A stretch of DNA of 60,747 nucleotides, the filler included, from Basidiobolus ranarum (taxonomy: Eukaryota), in assembly GCA_040143965.1 (NCBI GenBank). It is 9 parts of 9 records of this genome, joined end to end, with 100 filler letters (N's around TTAATTAATTAA, not from the genome) between each part and the next. Parts side by side here need not be neighbours in the genome. Positions count along the whole stretch, not along the records: positions 27,077 to 33,736 come from JASJQH010008149.1; positions 33,837 to 40,495 come from JASJQH010008150.1; positions 40,596 to 47,248 come from JASJQH010008151.1; 6 more parts are not named here. The stretch is one strand, 5' to 3'. Both the position numbers and the translations under genes were made by a program. Positions 28,132-41,860 of this stretch are shown one piece after another (within the stretch, counting starts at the first letter, position 1; every line of letters starts with the position of its first letter). A model generated the notes under the pieces. It did not search any database. It was given only the letters and a program-made list of their open reading frames with translations, and was not told the origin of the DNA.

Positions 28132-28524
28132 ATGCTTGTACAGCAATCTCAAAAGTCCATTTCTTCGCAAGTGGACCGGGGGTGCAGAAAACTATTAATT
28201 AGCTTGCCCCGGAACCCGTATGTTGATGACTACAGTTATAACTCAGCCCGAAGAGAGGAAGATCAGCTTTCATCCACCCTAAAGTCGTTAATAGAAGATC
28301 AGGAGACGAATAATTGTGAAAAGTGGAATAATCGCTGCGATAAAGAGAGTGAGACAATAGAATTATGTAAAAAGAAGCCACATCGTATTAAGAGTCCTGC
28401 TGAGATTGCTTACCATCGTTCACTTGCTGTCCGTTACGAGCAGTTATTACTAAGATATATGCTATTACGAGAAAGAATTCCTCGCGAAGGATTACTTCAC
28501 AATGTGACTTCCACTCCTATGTAA
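28132..28524 (+). CDS. Hypothetical small protein (130 aa)
   Basis: ATG-started ORF about 120 nt after TATAAATA (28011), with an A/C-rich leader. Charged protein with a C-terminal amphipathic helix (AEIAYHRSLAVRYEQLLLRYMLL). No recognisable family. Confidence 0.5.
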   Translation: MLVQQSQKSISSQVDRGCRKLLISLPRNPYVDDYSYNSARREEDQLSSTLKSLIEDQETNNCEKWNNRCDKESETIELCKKKPHRIKSPAEIAYHRSLAVRYEQLLLRYMLLRERIPREGLLHNVTSTPM

Positions 28525-29472
28525 TCGATATATTCTGGTTCCAACTTCTCATTGTACAAACTTCCTTTTAGCGTGACCCCTCATGTCTTCTTTTTGAAAT
28601 ACTCTCACAACATCTCAGCTGGGCCGAGCATGCCCTCTTTCTGCAGCCTTGTATATTAGTCTTCATGTAAAAACTCGCCAGTGGTTAATCCAACGGCTAC
28701 AGAGCTTAAACTCGATGTTTGTAGTCTATGTGAAACCACTTTGCTTAAAACTGGCATTTATTCAATGCTAATATTTTATATTGCCAATACATCATCTCTA
28801 TTCGAGTGATACTGCTATATTTAATTTATATGATCAGAAAATAAAGTATAATATTGGTGATAAATTGGTCCGTTACATGTAAGTTTTCAACATCAATAGA
28901 AACCTACATCCGTTTGACTAAAAACGAACCTTATGATGGAGTATATATCCTGCAATGGTAAGCATTGTTCTTTACTTGATTCTCAAAGATCATTAGTCAT
29001 CTGCACTACTTAAGAAGCCATGCTACTCGAGAATGTTTGATTACAATAGTAGCTAGATGTTGTATACTCTTCAATAATTCATATTTAAGTTGTTTCTGAT
29101 ATTGTTTATACAGTATACATACACATCATCAATCTTAACAAAAGCCTGGGATCAATCGGCCGGTTAAGAGCTGTGCATTGGTCATTTGATGTGGTAATTT
29201 TTTACAGAAGGAAGTCGCATCATTTGTTCAATTCATAGAATAGTCATTTAGTAGCAATATATTGCAATGAAGTTGTATGAAACCTATATTTTGATAGATC
29301 CCTACTAGCCAATCTACTCCAGATTACGTGTCTCATGAGTCAGAAATATATTGAATACTGTTAAAAAGTTGATATACCACCAAAATTAGCAGAGCATTCT
29401 GTTGAAATTTTAATAAGTTCATATTTTGGTGGGGGAGGAGAAGGTTTAAACGATATGAATGCCAATAAGACA

Positions 29473-30215
29473 TTAGAGTTCTAATTTAATATTGTCTGGT
29501 ATTTGTGGTTTCTTGGGTTCTTCCGCATCTGAAGTTTCTATGCATTTACTCCCTTCTTTATGACATCCATGTGGGCATTTCCCTTTAGGATCGAATTGCC
29601 AACTAAACCAAGGATCGGTTATCTCAGAGAGAACACCTTCTACTACTACTAAATTAGCAGAATGTTCAGTATTGGCATGTTCAGCAACTTGAGTATATCT
29701 CAAGGGAATATGTTCGAATCCACTCTTAGCAAATACTTCCATAGGAGTGGAAATAACCAATCGACCAATATGGGACCCTATGTAGACAAACATTAGTTTT
29801 CTGATTATCTTTGGGTGTACATAGTTAATCACTTACATAAAATAGCTGCAGAACACATTGGACATGGTTCACCGGTGGTATACAAAGTTAACTCTTTCCA
29901 AAAAGTAACATTGTTTCCTTGATCGGGATATATGGCAGCACAATTTTCAATAGCCTTAGTTTCTCCGTGCCAAGTAGGCGACTGACTGACCGTGTTCACC
30001 CCGTAGCATAGTACTTCTCCTGTTCTTTTTCGGACAATCGATGCACCGAAGGGTTGTTCTAAGCATTTACCAATTGACAGAGTGTAGTCGATGGTTCGTT
30101 GCATATATTTGAAGTCATCTTCATCAGGTTGCTCTATGCGAATCAAGTCTACATTCCTGGCGAGCATGAAGAAGAGAGCTGAAGAAATAACACCAAGCTT
30201 AATAAGAACTTTCAT
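29473..30215 (-). CDS. Zn-dependent cytidine/guanine deaminase-fold protein with signal peptide and C-terminal KLEL
   Basis: ATG at 30215 (MKVLIKLGVISSALFFMLA), PFGASIV, HGE (HxE) and TTGEPCPMC (PCxxC). Intron 29778-29836 restores AAILWSHIG. Ends WFSWQFDPKGKCPHGC...NIKLEL*. Confidence 0.88.
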
Positions 30216-30669
30216 GATTATGTATGTGATAGTACTCCTGGCATGACGACTATATATACTATATAGATGATCCTGTACTGTATTGAGGTCGTAATTTAAG
30301 ATATGATGAGATCTCATCAATATGCCTCACACTGATAATCTTTAAATAGTATATATATGTATATAATGCAACCACATTTAACATGGTAATATTAGTAACA
30401 AGCCGGGGTACAGGTCTGATGTTGGGGACTGGTTAATCAGCCAGCAAATCATTTTGAGTACGGAATGACGGGGACTTGCCAGGTCAGGTATACGGATCTT
30501 GTTTACTAGCATATACAAATGAATCCAGGAGTTCCATTCCATCCGCTAGAGCTCCAGTAATTAATATATTCAGTCAACTGTATTGTCGAACTGGACTAAG
30601 CATTTGAGATATTGGATTGTCACAAAGGAATGATCTATACGAGGTGAAATGTCATCATGGGAAATGTTT

Positions 30670-32503
30670 TTATTTAAATACAATGCCTTCAATTGCTTCA
30701 GCAATCAGTCCCTGTGAAATACCACCTCTCACTGAAGTCGGTGGTGGCAATACGAGAAGTTTTCTCAGTCTCTTGCAGTTGGCCATTAACTGCCAAAATA
30801 CTTGATTTGAGAGTTCTGGAGAATTCTGGAATCCCAAATAACGAATCGTCATAAAGCAATGACGAGCAATGGCACTCAATTCTATATCGATGAGTGGCCA
30901 ATGTGGAATATCAAGAAAGCGTAAACGATAACCATGCTTCCGGATAAATTCCAATATAATGGAACTTTCTGGACGTATATCTCCGTTGGTAGATATTGCC
31001 AGCTCTTCAAGTACTTTACAATGTTCAGTAATGGCTTGTAATGTTCTTCGAGTTTGCTGGCGGTTATGTATATCCGTGATATACAAATGTCTTATATGGC
31101 TTCCACATGCTTCGACAACAGCTACTATAGTAGCATCGGTGATACTGGTAGAGGTGCAGTCAAGGTAACGTAATCGAGAGCAATATTGGGCGATCAAAGT
31201 TCCAACCTTATCATCCACAGTATTATTCTTAGAGAGCTTTAAGACTTGAATGCTATTCCCACAATTTATCAATATATTTTCCCAGAAGGAGGCGGCAAAA
31301 TTACCCATTCTGTCTAATTGTGAAAAATCAAGCTCCTTCAAGTTTGCCAATGATGCTGCTTTAGTAAGCTGCGTTAATCCTGGGGCCAACCATTCATTTC
31401 CAGAGATATTGACCTTTCGTAGAGATTTACCACCAGTTAATAGTCTCACTATAGCTAAATCCGCATCCCTTGCTCTCTGCGAAATCCCTCTCATGTCTAA
31501 CTCCACCAGTCTATCACTTAATTTATCAAATGTATCCGTACTTAATGCACATCCAGCAAAGTTGAGCACTTCTATGCGGGGACAGGAGAAGAAGAGAGTC
31601 TCCACAAATACCTCAGTAATACTTTCTCTAGGAATGGCAAGAGACTTCAAATTTGGCGCACGCAATATCAAAGCGCGCAGAATATCAATCCCAGGTCGAG
31701 GGCCAAAAAACTTCAAAGTACGAAGTTCTTTCAAAGTAGGTAATATCTCTACCATCTCAATTAGTCGCTTGCCTAGGAAAGAATTTGCATAATTTTGCCG
31801 AAGTAGAACCAATTCTTCGAGATGAGGCGCATTCTTTAATACTGTCACCAAGTTTCTTAGTCCGGCAATTGGGTCCATAGTAGTATCATGATATTCATAG
31901 AATCTAAGATTTTTCAAGATATCTTTGGGAATTGTTGGGCATTCTAACCCAGAGGAAAGTTTTGGTAAGCGGATAGATGTTAAATTGGGTAAAGACTCCA
32001 GTAACAAGCCTATTCTAGCATTTGTCCAGAATTCCCAATTATATAGAGTGAGGTCTAAAGAACTAACCAACTCAGCTGTACAATATTAATGATTTTGTTT
32101 AGCTGCTTTAATCTTCACAAATGTGTATTTTGTAGACCTAACCTTTTTCGGTATTAACAGCAATTCTTTCGAATCGTTCCAGAGCTCGTTCGGAATAAAA
32201 TATTGGAGATTTCCACAACTCATAAGATGCCATTTTGTTCCATTCTTTACTCACTAGAGAACAAGCCCAAAAGTCGCCTTGATTCTCAAAGAAGGAAAAT
32301 ATCGAAAGGAGAACAGTGTCCGGAAGATATAATCTATATTTACTATCCGAGGTAGCTTGAGACAATTGAGCTTTTATATTTCTTAATGAGGCGGTCACTT
32401 GGGCTGCTAAAGGGAGAACCAACTCCTGTGGTTGCTCTCGGAGTAAGTCAGTCATTACCCTATCAACTTTACCTAGCCATTCGTGAGTCTGCATCGCTTC
32501 CAT
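30670..32503 (-). CDS. F-box/leucine-rich repeat protein
   Basis: F-box LPDTVLLSIFSFF...CSLVSKEWNKMA..LW. Intron 32076-32142 joins TEKA-ELVSSLDL. Many LxxLxL repeats follow (CPRIEVLNFAGC, CSRLRYLDCTSTSITD). Confidence 0.88.
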
Positions 32504-33163
32504 GTGCCTCCAATAAGTTCGTTAAATATGTACTATGGTATTAAAAGCACTGACAAAAGTAACTGAGTAGAATGTAAGAAATATGCAACCTGGTTGGTTT
32601 GAAAATGTGTGACGACCGAGGTCATTGACTTCATCATGTGATTAAAAGAGTCATGGTAAGGAAAAATAGGCAAATGTGGGAAATTTTTAAAAACTGCGGG
32701 AACTGTGTTGCTACAATAGGATCGGCTTATCCATGGAACCGAAACTCGGATTGGACTGCCTTTCAGAAGTATAGTTTAATGGCAGTGGAGTGAGGAATCA
32801 CAGTCACTCAAAAATTTAGAATGCTTAAACTTGGATGATTCTATTTTGATTACTAAGCTAAATTTATACCAGAAAGGAAGCAAAGCCGATCTAGCCGTAA
32901 ATACATTTGACGACTGAGGGAAGTGGAAAACGAGTGAACTAACACTCATCTTTGTGTAACGGGGAAAGAACTAGCGTTACATAAACAGAAAAGAACAAAA
33001 CTTTGGTATTTGTACTCTGCATTTGTACACTACTTCATATAAAAATCATGCTTCAAGTTTATAAAATCGAGATGGTTATTTGCTTTACTTGACATTAGAA
33101 CTTCATATTAGAGCTACAGTGCCGGTTTGAATAATAGAAAGCACTATACAAGATAAAACGGGC

Positions 33164-33736
33164 TCACTCTTGTTTACCAACTGGGCCGAGGTCACGCTGC
33201 TTCAAGTACTTTAGATAGTTAAGGTTGGTGCCATGCCAGAAATCAAGAACTACCAAAACAAGTTAATGGAATGAACGCTCAGCGTTTTAAAAAGTAAAGT
33301 CTTACATCCTAAGACACCAAAGTTGTTGTTAAACTGTTGATGATGAAAATCATGGGCAAGCGGGCTCGGCATTCCTGGGAGAGCAAACCCACAATGTGAG
33401 TTTACGGCGTTCATTATTCCTAGAACTAGCCAAATCCACACAGTGATCATATGGGAATTCATGATTAGTGGCCCAGCAAGGAGAGGGATCATGTTCGAGA
33501 TGAGATGCTCAATAGGGTGTGCATAAATTGCTTCCAATAATACTCCATTAGTATGCTGGACAAGAATTGACAGATTAAAATTCCAACTTACCGGCAATCC
33601 CAATTGGCGCTGTAAATTCATGGTGTTTCTTGTGGAAATGCTTATATAACTTTGGGAAATGAAGTATCCTGTGACCATAATAGAATCCAACCTCTTCAAC
33701 TACCCAAAATACTATCAAATCTCTGATGAACTAGAC
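33164..33736 (-). CDS. Fatty acid hydroxylase/sterol desaturase family protein (FAXDC2/ERG25-like), 5' truncated
   Basis: Spliced reading FYYGHRILH..LYKHFHKKHHEFTAPIGIAAIYAHPIEH...SHCGF...HDFHHQQFNNNFGVLGFLDFWHGT: the three His boxes are present. Confidence 0.9.
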
Positions 33737-33836
33737 NNNNNNNNNNNNNNNNNNNNNNNNNNNNNNNNNNNNNNNNNNNNTTAATTAATTAANNNNNNNN
33801 NNNNNNNNNNNNNNNNNNNNNNNNNNNNNNNNNNNN
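33737..33836. other. Artificial contig spacer
   Basis: N44-TTAATTAATTAA-N44. Confidence 0.99.
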
Positions 33837-34405
33837 ATGCTCGAATTCAAAGAGATCTGTGGTGGAGTGGAGAGTGCGGAATGATCTGTTATCCCATCAG
33901 TACGTTGATTATTAAAATTCGAAGAGAGCATAGAAAAGATTACTTGATAAATTGGTGCTAATCTAGGTGACTTGATTCCATAAATTAGAATCTCGTCCAG
34001 CAATTTAATACTTTGGGGGATATCCTCATCATACAATTCACTGAGGGCTTTCAAAAAAACCGCTTCAACCTGATGTTCAAGTGGGATAAAAGGGGTTTCT
34101 AGAGTTTGTTGTGAATCGAATGAATTCTCATTCTCTAATGGTTCCTCTATTGAAGACAGAATAATGAGGATGGAAGGTAAAAATGCCTCAATTTCTTGGG
34201 TGTCCTCTTTGAGCAAAAGAGCAATATCCTTTATCGCTTTGGAAATCTGATCCTTGCGTCTCTTCCCTTCGGTGACTCGAATGTTCGAGGTAATGCTGGA
34301 GGAGGGCAATGGGTGATCAAAGTGAGGACTGATGCTTGAGCCTGGCTCAATATTCTTGCAGTATATTTTCAACCTGGGAGGGAAGTAGCTATCTGAAAGT
34401 GACAT
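33837..34405 (-). CDS. Hypothetical protein, 3' truncated; possibly the N-terminus of a JMJD5-like JmjC protein
   Basis: 189-codon open frame from ATG to the gap, with a TATA (TATAAAA on the minus strand) near 34500. The helical segment IKLLDEILIYG loosely recalls the JMJD5 N-terminal region; no catalytic domain is visible. Confidence 0.55.
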
Positions 34406-37400
34406 TAAAGTGGAGGATTAGAAGTAGCATCAGTTGAGGAACAGAGTGATTTGTGGACAGACCAGCATTGCGAGGATCTACACACTGTTGAGTGGCTTTT
34501 ATATTTGTGGAAAGGTTATCTGGGGGGGATCTCATTTGCAATCCTAGCAAAGAAAGTTTTGGATGCGTAGTTGATACCTATTACAGCATCATATGCATAT
34601 TTCGTAATGAGATCACAGAATCTATCCGCTGTCAACTCATCATTGATAAGTAAAAACCTTACCAACACTGGGTCACATCAATGCGGGTCTGAAAAGACAG
34701 AAATAACTACAGGTTTTTATCAAAATCATCTAATAATCTAGTGAGAATACAAGGAGGTCAATTGGTACTGTTCTACCTACTGGACGAAAAAGAACGGTAC
34801 TTGCTTCTAAGATTCATCAGAAATACCATTCATCGTTCCTGACTATTTTCTTTCTTCTCGCCGAGTGTAGCAAGGCCCATATAGGAGACTCTGGAGGTTT
34901 CCCTCATAGGAATGGAAATCAAGGGTCGTATTCTGTTGTTTCTCATCGTCAGAATTAGTGTTGTGGTTAGAGAAAGGCGCCCAGATTTAACGGGTCAGTA
35001 TCGCATTTCCGCAGAGGCCAAAGGACATACAACCAAAGAATCTGCAATAGATTTCAGATAGTAAACAAATTTAACAAGTGGTACAAATCCGAATAACCTG
35101 GAGTGTTAATTCCACGAGTGAAACTTCTTACTAGACCTAGCGTCAGCCAATGTGACTATTCTAAATACTCCACCTCGATTTATATCGACAAGTCAAAAAA
35201 CTTGGAATTGTCGTTTATGGAATTATGATAACTTGAATTGCTAGATTGCACTCTTTTGCTGATCAGCCAGTCTGGATTCTTGTCAGAAGCCCCGTAATCT
35301 ATCGTAGTTGTAGGCATGTACGAGGCTGTGTGTAATGTTGAATCTACACCTGAATGAAGCCCTTGAGAAAAGAGATGCGTTGAACGAGGTCTGCCCTTTC
35401 TAGAGCTCAAGTATATCGAGTAGCTGGACTGCTAATCAGAGGCGATGTAGTCCTCCAAAGCGCTTTGGACATCCAACTCTATGCATCAAAAAAGTAGGAG
35501 CCTCATGTCTATGTCATCATGTCATCAATGAATTTTGTTCTGGAATGGGCCAACTTTAGGCATCTGGTTACTGCAGCTTAGAAAAGCTTACTCCTTTTGA
35601 TTGAAAGAACCTAGTAGTTTCAGATACACTTCTGAGTTGGAGAGCGTTGCAAAATGGATTTCTGGCCATTGATTCGTTGACTTAACGAAGACTCATAATC
35701 CGTCATAATCTATCAAGCTGACCTCGGACAGCCGCAGTGCAGTATCGATGTATTATATTGAGTTGTATTGTGTTCGTATTAGATAAGAACTTTCATTCAA
35801 AAATCCAAGCAATCGTTTTTTGACATTGCAGTTAAATAAAAATTAAATTAGAGAGGTTTGCTATTCTGTGAGATCACAGGAGTCGCAATATCAATTATTA
35901 CCCTTAAAGGCGAGCCTAGATTTTATCTTAGTGGTCACATTGTAAGACTTACTCGCTGATCGCATCCAGTTGCATATTCTACTTTTTTATACTGAACTTC
36001 GGGTACCTGGTATCGAGGAAGAGTGTAAGATTGATGATCGTTCCCAGCAGTAATCGATTAAATATAATTAATCGATCATCATTAATCAGTTGTTGACTGG
36101 TTAAATTTGCTATACTGGAGATATACACATAAATATCTCAACCATAGCCTTTCTTCGCCGAGTCTTTGCTCTTCTGACGCTGGATACTGCCAATATAAGA
36201 ACATGATGCTTTGCTACTGTAGTTCGTATATAGTACGTTCAAGCTTTCCCTGTGTTGCAATGAATGTTTGGCCAATTCTATAAAAGGTAAACGTCATGCT
36301 GATATGAAACTACAGCATATTGTACCGAGATAACAAAGAGATTGACGGTCAGTATGTGTTGCACTTTAGATGCCAATAGGGGGCTCCCTTTGCTAGGCAT
36401 CGTCACAACTAAGTTTGAAAACAATATCTACTCCAGGAACAATAAGTTGTGGGTAAATGGATTATCCTGTCAACAATGCTTGTGAACTTAACTTCCTGCG
36501 AGGTGTCCAGTAGCGGTGATTCCATATCTTCCAAGTCATCTAGCTAGAGATTAATATGTTGAATAGCCTTATTGTGGAAAAATTCAAGTGTACCAACGTC
36601 AACTAATAAAATATCGAGTATGTAAATGCTCGGCAAATGGTGTTTGAATTACTCGGATAATAAGCGATTTTAGACACAACGAATTACAATGCTTGTTTTC
36701 CAAAAACATTCATGCAGGTGTACCAGTAAAGGTGCTATTAATGGTCTTCCTCTACAGAGGTATCGAGGCTAAAGGCTGACTTGGACCGTGAAACGACTTG
36801 ACATGTAATAAAGGTCATAATCAATGGATAGAGACGACGAGATGTTTTGCCCATATCATTATTGTCACACGATAGGACTTGATCTCAGTAGAATCGTACT
36901 TCATAGAGCACATCAATTAGAAATGTGCTTACACGTTCATGAATCTACAAGCACATGCTTTGCTCATTCAACAATCGAAGTGATGTATGATTAACAATTT
37001 AGACTTGCCGGTATCTAAACGAAGCTCAGGGCTAAGCCATGTTAAACATTTACTCACTACAAATAACTTTGATCTGAAAGTTGCATTTACTATTGACCTA
37101 ACATAGCGTCATTGCTACGGGGGAAATGCAACTCCCTGATCGTTCATGCGCTATGAAATTCATACATAATGTCACCAGTAACGACTAGGGGGATATATCT
37201 TTTCCCAACAGAGTGGTTTAAAGCGAGTAAACTTTCGGGCCGTGGCATGGTCACAAAGACACCCTGCACAACTGTAGCAAACCACGAGTTCTGGGTAATT
37301 AAGATAACCAATTGTGTCGACATGATGATTAAACGTCGTTGCTTAGTTTTGTTTGTCTGTTGATACTCTAGTCATTGTAATTAGAGATGCAATTTACGCT

Positions 37401-37593
37401 CGCAGTATTATTTGCGACATGAATCTTTCGCATTGGCATCCTGGTAAGAGATTTTCCAGACACTGCAGTATATATAGGCTCTGATCAAGGTGGTCAGCTA
37501 AGTAAAGCGTACCTACTTTTTACCAATCAAGTATTTACTAGGCTTCTTTACTTCATTTACTCACAACTAGCTAATTCGACTCATTTCAAAATC

Positions 37594-39635
37594 ATGGAGG
37601 ATAATACCCAAGAACGGCGTAAATGTGGTGAGGTATCCAAGAAAGCCCAAGCCATTATTTACCGTATCTTTCCTATTATTAGTTGGCTTCCTCGATACAA
37701 CAGAGGATGGCTATTCGGAGACTTCATAGCTGGGATTACAATTGGGATCATGGTTGTCCCTCAGGTGAGTTGAATCCCCAAAACATACTCTTTCCTCCGT
37801 ACATCCATCTTATATAACACTGAATTCATTTTTAGGCATTATCCTATGCGTTGATAGCAAATCTTCCTGTTCAGTATGGTCTTTACACTGCCACCTTTAG
37901 CGCCATTCTCTACTGCTTATTTGGAACATCTAAGGATATTAATGTTGGTCCTATAACTATGCTCTCTCTGTTAACTGGCCAGGTAGCTCTAAGGATTGCT
38001 AACACATATGGCTATAGTACACAAGAGGTGGCTATTACGATGGCTTTCATGTCGGGTATTATTCTACTCATTTTGGGAATCTTGCGACTTGGTATTCTTT
38101 TGGATTTCATATCTGCTCCAGTGAGTATTGGCTTTACTACTGGCGCCGCCTTGTCCATTATGTCTACTCAGATACCTTCGCTTTTGGGAGTCAAGGGTAT
38201 AGATACTGAAAGAATGCCAATAATAATCATCATTGAATCTTGCAAGTCCTTACCTCACTCACAATGGGTTGATCTTATCCTCGGTATCTTAGCAATAATC
38301 GTGCTGGCAAGTTTAAATTATATCAAGACTCGTTTTGGTTACAGGTATTTCATCCTCCGATTTCTTGGTACCGCAAGAAATGCCATCGTTATTGTCATCT
38401 TTACTCTTGTAAGCTTGACCATCAAAAGACTGGACGACCAGAGCAAGGTTACCATTATTGGGGATGTTCCAAGGGGCTTACAGCCACCCGAAATCCCAAA
38501 CCTAAATGGCCAACTACTACGTGAAATCGGAGCATCCTCAGGAATTGCCGTGTTACTTGGGTTGATGGAGCATTTTGGCGTTTGTAAATCTATGGGTCGT
38601 AAGAATAAGTATACTACTGATAACAATCAGGAGTTACTTGGATTAGGAGTTTGCAATATTATTGGATCCATCTTTTCTGGTTATTGTGCTAGCGGATCTT
38701 TTTCAAGAGGTGCAGTTAACGCTCAATCAAATGTCAAAACTCCACTTTCTGGCGTTCTTACGGGAGTGATTGCCATATTCTCTTTACTATTTTTACCAAG
38801 TGCTTTCTATTACATCCCTCAAGCCTCTCTTTCAGCCATAATCCTAGTTAGTATGACTGGATTAGTGAGTAGTCCCCGAGTATTCTGGCACATTTGGAAG
38901 ATAGATAAAACAGATTTCATGGCTTCCGTGATAGGTGCTCTTATCACACTTTTCGTCAAGATTGAGACTGGTATATTAATGGCGATTGGGTGTTCTATAA
39001 TCGTACTTCTCTATCGCCTAGCACGTCCCCGAGTAATGTTCCCACTTGGCGTCGATCAGGTGGAAATATTTGGTGGCGAACATTCAGGTGATGTCTCAAG
39101 AGGTGTTGTGATGGTTCGCTTACAAGAGTCATTACTTTTTCCCAATGTAGAATACTTTCGTAGAAAAACCATGAGAAATATCGCCCGTTGTACTCGTTCT
39201 ATCGATACCGTACCTGGTGAGTTAAATTGGTGTGATTGTAAGGCCGAAACTAGAGATTCTGGTAACAGAGATTTAACTACCCTACCATATCTCAAAGCGG
39301 TTATATTTGATATGACGCTAGTTAATCAAATTGACTATTCTGGTGTGCAATGTATTTTGGAGATAAAATCCGAATTGGAGAGATATGTAGAGGTAGATGA
39401 GGTGGAGAACTCAGTTCAGATCTATTATGTGGGTGTAAATCCTACAGTACATAAGAAACTGCAATCGGCCGACCTAATTGCTGAGGAAGCCCCTATTCTT
39501 GCCAAGGCTATTAATGGAATTGAGTTGAAGGGATTGGAGGCTACTAAACTTCGTAAAAATGATGATTCCCTGAACGATGTTCCCAGTGTGGCCATATCAA
39601 TCGATTTTATAAATCAACCGGTCTCCAATAGCTGA
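37594..39635 (+). CDS. SulP/SLC26 sulfate/anion permease with STAS domain
   Basis: FPIISWLPRYN..WLFGDFIAGITIGIMVVPQ, intron 37765-37835, ALSYALIANLPVQYGLY, FGTSKDINVGP, NQELLGLG, GSFSRGAVN, RLQESLLFPN, AVIFDMTLVNQIDYSGVQ. Confidence 0.93.
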
Positions 39636-40316
39636 TGCGGCGTTCTTCGAATCAGTTAATAAGCCAGATGTTTCTGTTTGCTTGGTCCTTAGCCTAGGCT
39701 TGGGGCCAGGATTGAAAAGTATAATGATCGTACATTTTGTAAATAAATCATTTTCCTAAATCGTTCTTGGATTTGATTGCTTTCAAATGATATTAGAGAC
39801 AGTTACCGACTAAACTGAATTTCAGTGATATCGAAGTTACTTGAATTGGGGTGCATTGTTGAATCGAATCTATAATATCATTTGATTAATTCATCCACTT
39901 ATCGAAATAATGAGTAAGAATCTGCAGATATTAGCATGTAACTCAGCCAAATAATTCTTACTTTGCCGCAGTCAATATGAATTTTGTGAGCGCATTTAAG
40001 AGATTTGAAACCACGTTAGAAGTCGACTGCAGACTCTCTTGTCTTATACTTATATTTAAAGACTACCGATTGTGTACATGCCTAGTCTCATGCTGAGTGT
40101 ATCATCAGTACTAATGGGTGTGATTTAGTAGGTGGCTGATCTGATATTGAGTAATCAACATCACTGCGGAATTTGGAGTATAATTCATGGCCACTATTCC
40201 CGCTCAAAAGATGGATTTCTTATTACTCAATGAATTATTCACTCATTAGCATATCTACTTCACTTGATGGGTTTGCCTCTCGACGAAACTATAAATGTCA
40301 ACTTTCAACTTAATAA

Positions 40317-40495
40317 TGTTGAAATTAGCATTGCCTAAGCACCTATATAGTCATATATAACTTAGTACTTAGTTATCTCATAACTCACTAAGATATTATC
40401 AATTATTCTCAATCGGAATTTACTTAGAATATTGACACCAACTTAGAAGTTCTCAGATATATAGATTTTTCAAAGAAGCCCCAAACTTTGCACAC
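40317..40495 (+). repeat. Second copy of the foldback-element terminal arm (truncated by contig end)
   Basis: TGTTGAAATTAGCATTGCCTAAGCACCTATATAGTCATATATA...CCAACTTAGAAG...CTTTGCACAC matches 17182 to about 17368. Confidence 0.88.
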
Positions 40496-40595
40496 NNNNN
40501 NNNNNNNNNNNNNNNNNNNNNNNNNNNNNNNNNNNNNNNTTAATTAATTAANNNNNNNNNNNNNNNNNNNNNNNNNNNNNNNNNNNNNNNNNNNN
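40496..40595. other. Artificial contig spacer
   Basis: N44-TTAATTAATTAA-N44. Confidence 0.99.
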
Positions 40596-41860
40596 ACTAT
40601 ATAAGTCACCATATACTCTTAAGAATAAACTAACTAAAAACACACTATCATAAGTTGCTTCTAATACTCAAAGTCTACCCCCATTATGTCAAGATCCTCC
40701 AACAATGAGTCACTTCAAAAATGCATTGGTGTTAGCAAACATTAGTTCTACAAAATGTGCAATGTCAAAAATTGAGATCTTGTAATTTGTAGCATTTAGT
40801 GCCAAAAATATGTCAAACTCATCACTGACTCATTAACTGTGAAGAATACCAAGGTATGTAATATCACCAAGAGTAGTGGAATCACCCTCATACTACCAAA
40901 GGCTGTTATTTCAGCTTTGCATAGACGGTGTGACAAGTATCAAGTTGAATCATGGAGTGAATGCTGACTTATTATCATTTGAAAAATGCATGCAAAAGGA
41001 GCGAATGAGTTATGAGCGCTAATACCAAGTAGAGAAATGTATCCCAAAAATATTAAGCTTTCACTCAACATCAAGATCGTCCTTGGAAAACAAATAAAAC
41101 AATGCATATATACATTACGTGTGTTTCCTGATTTTCTTAAACACTATTGATTCACCCCAATTTTTTGCAATGATTGTGTCAATGGAGGAAAAGTAATCTA
41201 CTGGATACCTGCCAATATTACATACGAAATATAAAAAGCGCGAGCACCATTCAATAATTTCAAATAGTATCATTTTGAATGCAGAAATGAAAATATGTAT
41301 ACAGTTGATTTCATAGCGCCTGTATACATCAAAATTGATACACTAAATTTAATTCTTGAAGCTCTGAAAAAAGTAATGTATCGCGCGATAGTCAGATGTT
41401 CCGTCAATAGGACGGTTAAGTCCTCAATTCTGGAATCCCGGCTTATCCGCACGACGATTTAGGCTATTAATGAAGACAATGCCGAGAGGGGGTTACATGG
41501 TAGTGAAATCTGACATGTAACCAGGTCAACATTTCAAAGAAACGAAGACTGGTCTGCAAACACTGCGGTAACGAATAATTATGCAGTGAATGAGGCTTTA
41601 AAAAAACATGGGTGAATCATCAAGTTATGGGTTGGAGGTACTTTTCCTCTCAAAGAGATTTTCCTCGAATGGATGACTATATGATTCTATTAGGAAAGAT
41701 ATTTCAAAATATGACTGAAATTTACCAATTTGATCAATCCTAGACAGTCCAAAATTCTCCTGCAATCTTGTCTTTTTCGCCATGTAGAAATGGTATAGCG
41801 GAGCTCAAGGCAGTTGTTGAATAAAAGGAATTCTTCAAAAGCTATTCAGAAAGTTCCAAA

